The notes beneath the pieces were generated by a model. That model had not been told where the DNA came from. It worked only from the letters and a program-made list of their open reading frames with translations, and did not search any database. Below are positions 10,173-18,095 of a stretch of DNA of 32,000 bases, in pieces; positions within the stretch are counted from its first letter, which is position 1; each line of letters opens with the position of its first letter. Origin of the DNA: Vibrio vulnificus CMCP6 (GTDB taxonomy: Bacteria > Pseudomonadota > Gammaproteobacteria > Enterobacterales > Vibrionaceae); NCBI RefSeq assembly GCF_000039765.1, contig NC_004459.3, forward strand, positions 3,166,104 through 3,198,103. The letters run 5' to 3'. Both the position numbers and the translations under genes were made by a program.

Positions 10173-10856
10173 ATGGATATCAAGAACGCTTTGATTTTAG
10201 TGACGAGTGCGGGCTCATTATTGGGCAGAACAGTGGCAGCGCACTTTGCGCGTCTCGGTGCCATTGTTATTCTCTGCGACCAAGACCAAGCTGCATTGAA
10301 TGATACGCACAAAGAGCTTTATGCCATCACTCAAGATGTTTATCCGATCACCTTGCAAGACTACAGTCAATCTTCCATCCAATCCTTGTTTGACCACATT
10401 CAGGCACAGTTTAACCGAGTCCCTAATGTACTCGTAAACTGTTGGACCAGCTCTCCTCTGCCACTTTTGAATACTGAAGCAACATCAGAAGGCTTCATAG
10501 AAAAGCTATCAAGTACCGCAGGCGCACTATACGGCTATGTGCAAGTGTGCGCGGAACGAATGCGACGCACCGAAACGAAAGGCGTGATCGTTAATGTTAT
10601 TTCGCACGATGACCATCAAAATTTTACCGGTGTTGAGAGTGTGACTTCCCTAGTTTCGGGGTTTACCCACAGTTGGGCGAGAGAGCTCACCCCTTTTAAT
10701 ATTCGCGTTGGCGGTGTGATCCCTTCGATCTCTCATCTTCACGGACAAATAGACGCGACACATTGGGCTCAAGTGCAGGATGAACTCATTCGCAACGCTG
10801 AGTACATCGTCGCCAATGAGTATTTCAGTGGCAGAGTGGTGACCACCGAAATCTAA
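10173..10856 (+). CDS. Short-chain dehydrogenase/reductase (SDR) fold protein
   Basis: 'ALILVTSAGSLLGRTVAAHFARLGAIVILCDQD' Rossmann motif, 'GFTHSWARELTPFNIRVGGVIPS'; start at ATG 10173 preceded by a GGGAGAG-type RBS. Confidence 0.8.
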   Translation: MDIKNALILVTSAGSLLGRTVAAHFARLGAIVILCDQDQAALNDTHKELYAITQDVYPITLQDYSQSSIQSLFDHIQAQFNRVPNVLVNCWTSSPLPLLNTEATSEGFIEKLSSTAGALYGYVQVCAERMRRTETKGVIVNVISHDDHQNFTGVESVTSLVSGFTHSWARELTPFNIRVGGVIPSISHLHGQIDATHWAQVQDELIRNAEYIVANEYFSGRVVTTEI

Positions 10857-10878
10857 CTGAACTCAAAAAATCAAACTG

Positions 10879-10912
10879 AAAAAAAGCCCCGGTCTTTCGA
10901 CTGGGGCTTTGA
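10879..10912. terminator. Bidirectional terminator between SDR gene and adhE
   Basis: AAAGCCCCGGTC-TTTC-GACTGGGGCTTT; T7 tract on the minus strand, TTT on the plus strand. Confidence 0.8.
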
Positions 10913-11007
10913 TCTTTTTCCCGATTTTTTTAGGTTTCGTGCTAGCGAAAACCTACCTCATTCCTGAGTCTTACTTCTTGCTGACACTTAGTGACTAAGT
11001 ATCAGAC

Positions 11008-13683
11008 TTATTTTTTCGCTTTTGGCGCTACTTGGTCTGCTTTCTTCTTGATTACAGTCGTACCTTCGAAAGTTTCACCTTCAACGAAAGCTTTACCGTA
11101 GTAAGAAGCCAGTAGAACTTCTTTTAGCTCAGCGATTAGTGGGTAGCGTGGGTTCGCACCAGTACACTGGTCATCGAACGCTTCTACTGCTAGTTCATCA
11201 ACTTTCGCTAGGAAGTCAGCTTCAGCAACACCTGCCGCTTGGATAGACATTGGGATGTCTAGGTTACCTTTTAGCTCATCCAACCATGCTAGTAGACGTT
11301 CAATCTTCTGAGCAGTGCGGTCACCAGCTTGGCTTAGGCCTAGGTGGTCAGCAACTTCAGCGTAACGACGACGTGCTTGTGGACGGTCGTATTGAGAGAA
11401 CGCAGTTTGCTTAGTTGGGTTATCGTTCGCGTTGTAACGTACCACGTTAGAGATAAGTAGAGCGTTCGCCAAACCGTGTGGTAGGTGGAACTCTGCACCG
11501 ATCTTGTGCGCCATAGAGTGACATACACCTAAGAACGCGTTCGCGAATGCGATACCAGCGATGGTCGCTGCGTTGTGTACTTTCTCACGAGCGATTGGGT
11601 CTTTTGCACCGTTCGCGTAGCTTGAAGGTAGGTACTCTTTTAGCATCTTAAGTGCTTGTAGAGCCTGACCATCTGAGTATTCGTTCGCAAGAACAGATAC
11701 GTAAGCTTCTAGAGCGTGAGTCACTGCATCGTAACCACCGAATGCGGTTAGAGACTTAGGCATGTTCATCACTAGGTTCGCATCTACGATTGCCATTTGA
11801 GGAGTCAATTCGTAATCCGCTAGTGGGTACTTAGCACCAGTCTTGTCGTCAGTCACAACCGCGAATGGTGTAACTTCTGAACCTGTACCTGAAGTGGTAG
11901 TGATACATACAAGTTCAGCTTTCTTACCCATTTTAGGGAACTTGTAGATACGTTTACGGATATCCATAAAGCGCATTGCAAGTTCTTCGAAGTGAGTTTC
12001 TGGGTGCTCGTACATTACCCACATGATCTTCGCAGCATCCATTGGTGAACCACCGCCTAGCGCTAGAATCACATCTGGCTGGAAGCTTTGCATTGCCGCT
12101 GCGCCTTTCTCTACAACAGATAGCGTTGGGTCAGCTTCAACATCAAAGAATGTTTGAACTTCCATGCCTTGAGCTTTAAGAAGTTGTACTACGTCATCTG
12201 CGTAACCGTTGTTGAATAGGAAACGGTCAGTTACTAGGAATGCGCGTTTCTTACCTTCTAGGTCGCTTAGTGCGATTGGAAGGCTACCACGACGGAAGTA
12301 GATTGACTTAGGTAGTTTGTGCCACAACATGTTTTCAGCTCGCTTCGCAACAGTTTTCTTGTTGATTAGGTGCTTAGGACCTACGTTCTCAGAGATAGAG
12401 TTACCACCCCATGAACCACAACCAAGAGTTAGAGATGGTGCAACGTTAAAGTTGTAAAGGTCACCGATACCACCGTGAGTAGTTGGGATGTTTACAAGGA
12501 TACGTGCAGTCTTCAGTTTGTCACCGAAGTAACGGATACGGTCTGCGTTTACGTCTTGGTTAGTGTATAGACCAGATGTGTGACCGATACCGCCGATTTC
12601 AACCATGGTTACTGCTTGTGCAACTGCGTCTTCGAAGTCATCAGCACGGAATAGACCTAGAGTTGGAGATAGCTTCTCGTGAGCAAATGCGTCATCGTAA
12701 GACACTTTGCCTAGGCCTTCACCAACGAGAACTTTAGTATCAGCAGGAACTTTAACACCTGCCATTTCAGCGATTGCTGCAGCTGGCTGGCCAACGATTT
12801 TCGCATTTAGTGCGCCATCGATTAGCAGTACTTTACGTACTTTTTCTGCTTCAGCTTTGCTAAGTACGTATGCTTTGTGAGAAGCAAAACGCTCTTTCAC
12901 TTCGTCGTATACTGCGTCAACAACGATTGCAGCTTGCTCAGAAGCACATACTACGCCGTTATCGAACGTCTTAGACATTAGGATAGATGCAACTGCACGT
13001 TTGATGTCCGCAGTTTCATCGATAACAACAGGAACGTTACCTGCACCTACACCGATTGCTGGCTTACCAGAAGAGTAAGCAGCTTTAACCATGCCTGGAC
13101 CACCAGTTGCAAGGATAAGTGCGATGTCATCGTGCTTCATAAGCGCGTTAGAAAGCTCTACAGATGGCTGGTCGATCCAACCGATGATGTCTTTTGGTGC
13201 GCCAGCTGCTACCGCTGCTTCTAGAACCAGTTTCGCTGCGTCGTTAGTCGAGTTTTTCGCACGTGGGTGTGGCGAGAAGATGATACCGTTACGAGTCTTC
13301 AAAGAGATCAGTGATTTGAAGATTGCAGTCGAAGTTGGGTTAGTGGTTGGAACGATACCGCAGATGATACCTACTGGTTCAGCGATAGTCATCGTACCTA
13401 GGTTGTCATCCTCTTCTAGGATGCCACACGTTTTTTCGTCCTTGTATTTGTTGTAGATAAACTCAGATGCAAAGTGGTTCTTGATTACTTTATCTTCAAC
13501 AATACCCATACCAGATTCTTCAACCGCCATTTGTGCTAGCGGGATACGAGCTTGGTTAGCGGCTAGAGAAGCTGCACGGAAGATTGCATCTACTTGCTCT
13601 TGAGAGTAAGTAGCGAACTCTTCTTGCGCTTTCTTAACGCGTGCAATCATCGCATCTAGTTCAGCCATATTAGTTACAGGCAT
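11008..13683 (-). CDS. adhE: Bifunctional aldehyde-alcohol dehydrogenase AdhE
   Basis: 891 aa; acetaldehyde DH part with 'FDNGVVCASEQA', iron-ADH part with 'GGGSPMDAAKIMW' and 'HSMAHKIGAEFHLPHGLANA'. Confidence 0.98.
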   Translation of the reverse strand: MPVTNMAELDAMIARVKKAQEEFATYSQEQVDAIFRAASLAANQARIPLAQMAVEESGMGIVEDKVIKNHFASEFIYNKYKDEKTCGILEEDDNLGTMTIAEPVGIICGIVPTTNPTSTAIFKSLISLKTRNGIIFSPHPRAKNSTNDAAKLVLEAAVAAGAPKDIIGWIDQPSVELSNALMKHDDIALILATGGPGMVKAAYSSGKPAIGVGAGNVPVVIDETADIKRAVASILMSKTFDNGVVCASEQAAIVVDAVYDEVKERFASHKAYVLSKAEAEKVRKVLLIDGALNAKIVGQPAAAIAEMAGVKVPADTKVLVGEGLGKVSYDDAFAHEKLSPTLGLFRADDFEDAVAQAVTMVEIGGIGHTSGLYTNQDVNADRIRYFGDKLKTARILVNIPTTHGGIGDLYNFNVAPSLTLGCGSWGGNSISENVGPKHLINKKTVAKRAENMLWHKLPKSIYFRRGSLPIALSDLEGKKRAFLVTDRFLFNNGYADDVVQLLKAQGMEVQTFFDVEADPTLSVVEKGAAAMQSFQPDVILALGGGSPMDAAKIMWVMYEHPETHFEELAMRFMDIRKRIYKFPKMGKKAELVCITTTSGTGSEVTPFAVVTDDKTGAKYPLADYELTPQMAIVDANLVMNMPKSLTAFGGYDAVTHALEAYVSVLANEYSDGQALQALKMLKEYLPSSYANGAKDPIAREKVHNAATIAGIAFANAFLGVCHSMAHKIGAEFHLPHGLANALLISNVVRYNANDNPTKQTAFSQYDRPQARRRYAEVADHLGLSQAGDRTAQKIERLLAWLDELKGNLDIPMSIQAAGVAEADFLAKVDELAVEAFDDQCTGANPRYPLIAELKEVLLASYYGKAFVEGETFEGTTVIKKKADQVAPKAKK

Positions 13684-13803
13684 AGGGAATCTCCTAAAAT
13701 TAACAAATATTAAAAACTTTTTAGTAAGGCTACTTGTCTATCGTTTTTACTGTTTATCAGTAAGTTACTGAACAACCGACTTAGTAAATTGCTTTCAGGG
13801 CTG

Positions 13804-13845
13804 AGTATAATATTTCAGAGTGTGAAAAAAATTGACTTGGATCAG
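13804..13845 (-). promoter_or_regulatory. Candidate FNR-dependent class II promoter of adhE
   Basis: FNR-like CTGATCCAAGTCAA on the minus strand (13832-13845), -10 TATACT (13809-13804), predicted TSS about 13797. Confidence 0.55.
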
Positions 13846-14330
13846 TTCACACACTCTAAATACCCCCAAAGTGGTGCTTTAGTACAACAAAAACCGCTAA
13901 TTCATTGATAAACAAGTAAATTAAAAGTTACTTTTGGTTGAGCAAAAAAGAAGCAAACGAACCAAAAGGTCAAATTAACAACAAAACCTTGTAAAAAAGT
14001 TTCATCATAAATCTACAAAATTACATAAAATTACATGTAGACGAGAAATTCTGTGCTACTGAGAGTATATCCAAATGGTTAACTCGCTAAAGAAGCGCGC
14101 TTGGTTTTTATCAAAAATGTGCGAATGTTAACGTTTATGTAAATTGATTGGATGTTCGCGAAGGATTATACACAACAAAGTGTGACAAATTATTTTACAA
14201 CTCTTTCAATAATTAGTTTTTCTCAGCAATCAAACAGCTCACACGTTAGTTTTTTTCATTCGTGAAGTCGCGCAATATCGACTATATTTCGCCAACAATC
14301 TGTTCTCCTATCTTTCGTGTGGTTTCTCTA

Positions 14331-14969
14331 ATGCAAACGTTCGAAGTCGCTATCTTTTTGCAGTTTTTCTTAGGCTTAGTGGCCGCAGTAAACCCTGTGG
14401 GCATCATGCCAGTATTTGTGTCGCTTACAGGCCACATGACACCGGAAGAAAAATACAAAACCGCACTTACCGCCAATGTGGCGGTGGCGATTATTCTGAC
14501 CGTTTCATTGCTAGCCGGTCAGATGCTACTCGACATGTTTAGTATTTCTCTCGACTCCTTCCGCGTTGCCGGTGGTTTACTACTACTTAGCATCGCCTTT
14601 TCGATGATGAGCGGTAAGTTGGGTGAAGATAAACAAAACAAACAAGAGCAGTCGGAATACGTGAGTCGCGAACAAATTGGTGTTGTGCCTTTGGCAATGC
14701 CTTTAATGGCAGGCCCTGGTGCGATTAGCTCGACCATCGTTTATGGCTCTCGCTACCCAAGTATGTTCGATACCATGGGTATTGTGATCACTATAGTTGC
14801 CTTTAGCTTTTGCTCATGGCTGCTATTTCGCTCAGCGCCAATTATCGTTCGCTTTTTAGGGCAAACAGGCATCAACGTGATCACCCGTATTATGGGTCTT
14901 ATCTTGGGTGCACTCGGCATCGAGTTCATCGCCAATGGCCTGCGTAATCTCTTCCCCGGATTAGCCTGA
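14331..14969 (+). CDS. MarC family integral membrane protein (YhgN-like)
   Basis: 'FFLGLVAAVNPVGIMPVFVSLTGHMTPEEK', 'GVVPLAMPLMAGPGAISSTIVYG'; likely start MQTFEVAIF at 14331. Confidence 0.88.
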   Translation: MQTFEVAIFLQFFLGLVAAVNPVGIMPVFVSLTGHMTPEEKYKTALTANVAVAIILTVSLLAGQMLLDMFSISLDSFRVAGGLLLLSIAFSMMSGKLGEDKQNKQEQSEYVSREQIGVVPLAMPLMAGPGAISSTIVYGSRYPSMFDTMGIVITIVAFSFCSWLLFRSAPIIVRFLGQTGINVITRIMGLILGALGIEFIANGLRNLFPGLA

Positions 14970-15020
14970 TTCCCGATTTAAAGGTATGATGTTGCAACGT
15001 TTCAACTATGTCGCAGCATC

Positions 15021-15881
15021 ATGTCACGCCAGTCACTCAAGCATCATCTTTACGTTATTATTTTCGGTACGCACACGCCCGCAGGCAGAGCCTTTGATAT
15101 TGGCTTGATCATCGCGATTTTGACCTCGCTGCTGGTGCTTTTACTCGAATCTATCCCGTCGATTCGCGCTCAGTGGGCAAGCGAACTCAAATACCTTGAG
15201 TACGGTTTTACCGCCCTATTTACGCTCGAGTATTTGCTGCGTTTATATTGCTCACCAAAACCTGCCGCCTACGCACGCAGTTTTTATGGTGTGGTGGACT
15301 TACTGGCGATACTGCCGACCTATCTTGCCTTTTTATTCCCATCAGCGGCTTTTATGGGCGTAATTCGACTGCTGCGTGTGATGCGTATCTTCCGTATTCT
15401 GAAACTCGTCCGTTATTTGCAAGACTCAAATTTGCTGATGCGCTCCTTGCTGATGGCTCGAAGAAAAATACTGATATTTTTCAGTGCGGTGGCTATTTTG
15501 GTGACCATATTTGGCGCCCTGATCTACGTGATTGAAGGTCCGCACAATGGCTTTACCAGTATTCCCAAAAGTATCTACTGGGCCATTGTGACGATTACGA
15601 CCGTAGGCTATGGTGACCTCGTGCCACAAACCGATCTAGGCAAAGCCATCGCGTCGCTGACAATGTTACTCGGTTACTCAATTTTGGCAGTGCCGACGGG
15701 GATCATTACCGCCGAACTCAACCAAGAGATGAACTCACACCGGCAATTGGTCAAGTGCCCTAACTGCTCACGTGCTGGACATGAATCCGATGCACTCTTT
15801 TGCAAACACTGCGGCAGTGAACTGGCGGATCCCGATAAACGAGTGGTCGCCGTCCAAAACGCAGAAACCGACAAAAAATAA
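15021..15881 (+). CDS. Voltage-gated potassium channel (Kv-type) with C-terminal zinc-ribbon-like tail
   Basis: S4-like 'RLLRVMRIFRILKLVRYL', selectivity filter 'TTVGYGDLVP', tail 'CPNCSRAGHESDALFCKHCGSEL'. Confidence 0.9.
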   Translation: MSRQSLKHHLYVIIFGTHTPAGRAFDIGLIIAILTSLLVLLLESIPSIRAQWASELKYLEYGFTALFTLEYLLRLYCSPKPAAYARSFYGVVDLLAILPTYLAFLFPSAAFMGVIRLLRVMRIFRILKLVRYLQDSNLLMRSLLMARRKILIFFSAVAILVTIFGALIYVIEGPHNGFTSIPKSIYWAIVTITTVGYGDLVPQTDLGKAIASLTMLLGYSILAVPTGIITAELNQEMNSHRQLVKCPNCSRAGHESDALFCKHCGSELADPDKRVVAVQNAETDKK

Positions 15882-15929
15882 GCGCTCGTGTGAGCGCTTG
15901 ATTACCTTGTTACATGAGCCGTAGCGGCT

Positions 15930-16451
15930 TCAACATCCGTCTGTGATGGTTTCCACGGCAAAGTCCGCCCCCGGTTCCATCGCGGCGGTATATTTGACGT
16001 AGCAACGACTATCTTCAATGGCTTTATTGAAATCCACAATGTTGTCATCGGCCAACCATTGTGACTGCGTAATGATCCACCAATCGGGATCTGAGACTGA
16101 GCCATTATTGTGTGCAGCCCAAACCCATTCACGTTCTAAATCATGGTACCCCGTGTCAATTTGTAAGAAGCTTTCCATTCCACCACGCGAGACACTCGGA
16201 TAACCATATTGCACAATCCCGTAATTTGGCACGTGGTAGGATTCAATAGCTTCCATCCCTTCCACAGCGGCTTTTCCATACGCCATCTCCGCCGCATTCG
16301 TTACGGCGCCAGCTAAACCTTCGACGACGGAACGCCGTGCATCGGATTGCAAATTCAGGAATCTTGGCGCAGCGACCACCGCTAACACGGCAACAAGCAC
16401 AATCACTACGATCAATTCTATTAGTGTAAAACCTCTAAATTTCTTATACAT
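15930..16451 (-). CDS. Type IV pilin/pseudopilin, MshA-like
   Basis: Prepilin peptidase motif 'KKFRG|FTLIELIVVIVLVAVLAVVAAPRFL', C-terminal Cys pair; start at ATG 16451. Confidence 0.85.
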   Translation of the reverse strand: MYKKFRGFTLIELIVVIVLVAVLAVVAAPRFLNLQSDARRSVVEGLAGAVTNAAEMAYGKAAVEGMEAIESYHVPNYGIVQYGYPSVSRGGMESFLQIDTGYHDLEREWVWAAHNNGSVSDPDWWIITQSQWLADDNIVDFNKAIEDSRCYVKYTAAMEPGADFAVETITDGC

Positions 16452-16521
16452 ACAGCACACCACTCTCAAAACCCACGCTAAAGTAGGTCATCAATGTCAA
16501 CGAACTGTCATTGAAAAAATA

Positions 16522-16546
16522 AAAAAGCGCCTTTTAGGCGCTTTTT
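16522..16546 (-). terminator. Intrinsic terminator downstream of asd
   Basis: AAAAAGCGCCT-TTT-AGGCGCTTTTT; T-rich in the minus sense. Confidence 0.8.
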
Positions 16547-16568
16547 AGAATGATGTCTCATATTTGAG

Positions 16569-17684
16569 TTATTGCTTCTCAGCAAGAATGATTCTTAGCG
16601 TACGACGCAAAGGTTCTGCCGCGCCCCAAAGAAGTTGGTCACCCACGGTGAATGCGTTAAGGAAATCATCACCCATCGACATTTTGCGTAAACGGCCAAC
16701 AGGGATTGAAAGCGTTCCTGTCACTTTAGCTGGCGTTAGCTCTTGCGCGGTAATGTCACGCTCGTTTGGAATCACTTTAACCCACTCGTTGTCGCTAGCA
16801 ATGATCTCTTCAATTTCATCAAGAGGGACATTTTGCTTAAGCTTGATAGTCAGCGCTTGTGAATGGCAACGCATTGCACCGATACGAACACAAGTACCAT
16901 CGATTGGAATTGGAGAGTTTTGTAAACCAAGGATCTTGTTCGCTTCTACGCCACCTTTCCACTCTTCTTTACTTTGACCGTTTTCGCGTTTCACGTCGAT
17001 CCATGGAATCAATGAGCCAGCTAGAGGCGCACCAAAGTTGTCAACTGGGAACGAGCTGCTGCGCATCGTTTCCGCAACCTTACGATCGATATCAAGAATA
17101 GAGCTTGATGGGTTGGCCAACTCTGAACTTACGGCATCATTGATCACGCCCATCTGAGAAATCAGTTCACGCATGTTCTGCGCGCCTGCACCAGAAGCCG
17201 CTTGGTAAGTCATCGCACTCATCCACTCGACCATACCTTGTTTGTATAGTCCACCTAACGCCATTAGCATTAGAGAAACGGTACAGTTACCACCTACAAA
17301 GGTGTTTGTGCCGCTATGGATGCCTTGCTGAATTTGAGCTAGGTTAATTGGATCAAGAGTGATAATCGAATCTGGAGCCATACGCAGCGTAGATGCCGCA
17401 TCGATCCAGTAGCCTTTCCAACCCGCTTCGCGCAGCGCTGGGTAAACCTTTTCTGTATAACCACCGCCTTGACAAGTGATGACTGCGTCGAGCTGTTTCA
17501 ACGCATCAATATTGAATGCATCTTGTAGTAAACCAGCATCTTTACCAAAATTTGGCGCTGGAATACCAATTTGAGAGGTACTGAAAAAGACTGGTTCAAT
17601 CAGATCAAAGTCTTTTTCTTCAACCATGCGCTGCATCAGCACCGAGCCAACCATGCCACGCCAACCAACTAAACCCACTCTCAT
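16569..17684 (-). CDS. asd: Aspartate-semialdehyde dehydrogenase
   Basis: '[38 protein letters not shown]', active site '[10 protein letters not shown]'; start at ATG 17684 rather than 17759. Confidence 0.97.
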   Translation of the reverse strand: MRVGLVGWRGMVGSVLMQRMVEEKDFDLIEPVFFSTSQIGIPAPNFGKDAGLLQDAFNIDALKQLDAVITCQGGGYTEKVYPALREAGWKGYWIDAASTLRMAPDSIITLDPINLAQIQQGIHSGTNTFVGGNCTVSLMLMALGGLYKQGMVEWMSAMTYQAASGAGAQNMRELISQMGVINDAVSSELANPSSSILDIDRKVAETMRSSSFPVDNFGAPLAGSLIPWIDVKRENGQSKEEWKGGVEANKILGLQNSPIPIDGTCVRIGAMRCHSQALTIKLKQNVPLDEIEEIIASDNEWVKVIPNERDITAQELTPAKVTGTLSIPVGRLRKMSMGDDFLNAFTVGDQLLWGAAEPLRRTLRIILAEKQ

Positions 17685-17844
17685 CACATTAACTCTCCGT
17701 GTATTCAAATAACAAAATAAATTTGCATTAATAGTTCTATTTTCTAGGCAAAATCTCAAGCACTAATTGACGAAAACGTCCAACTTTTTCGTTTTGATTT
17801 GTTAAGGTCGCAAAACTTCATGATTTAGCTTTGGTAAGAGCTCT

Positions 17845-17870
17845 GACCGAGCAGGATTTCCTACCCGGCC
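17845..17870 (-). promoter_or_regulatory. Candidate structured leader hairpin upstream of asd
   Basis: Minus strand GGCCGGGUAGG-AAAU-CCUGCUCGGUC, 11 bp including three G-U pairs that become mismatches in the plus sense. Confidence 0.45.
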
Positions 17871-18051
17871 GCCACATTCACATATGAAGCACATTTATTT
17901 CACATTACACAACACTTAAAACTAATTATTTTAAACTTTAGTAGTTTATTATTTCACAAAATACGTATTACACCGATCCACATCAAAACAAACGACTAAA
18001 TAAATCGAATTATCCACTACGTTAATGTAATGTAAGCATCCTAAACATACG

Positions 18052-18090
18052 GGGGCGTAATCCCTCTAACGCTCCGACATTTATCAGAGG
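18052..18090 (+). promoter_or_regulatory. Candidate H-type pseudoknot covering the RBS of the NhaC-family gene
   Basis: Stem 18052-18058/18069-18075; loop CCUCU 18063-18067 complementary to SD AGAGG 18086-18090; ATG at 18096. Confidence 0.4.
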
Positions 18091-18095
18091 AATAT

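Noticed and set aside
13091-13456. 121-aa plus-strand ORF antisense to adhE
   Set aside because: Shadow ORF in the strongly supported adhE frame; composition and motifs do not support coding.
14084-14112. GCTAAAGAAGCGCGCTTGGTTTTT as a terminator or sRNA end
   Set aside because: The palindrome AAGCGCGCTT has no loop room and the alternative stem is short; not convincing.
16564-16977. 137-aa plus-strand ORF antisense to asd
   Set aside because: Lies opposite the well-supported asd coding region; no RBS or recognisable domain.
17821-17900. Lysine riboswitch upstream of asd/nhaC
   Set aside because: I looked for the L-box core (AGAGGcGC...CGCCGAAG-like) on both strands and did not find it; an Rfam cmscan would settle this.
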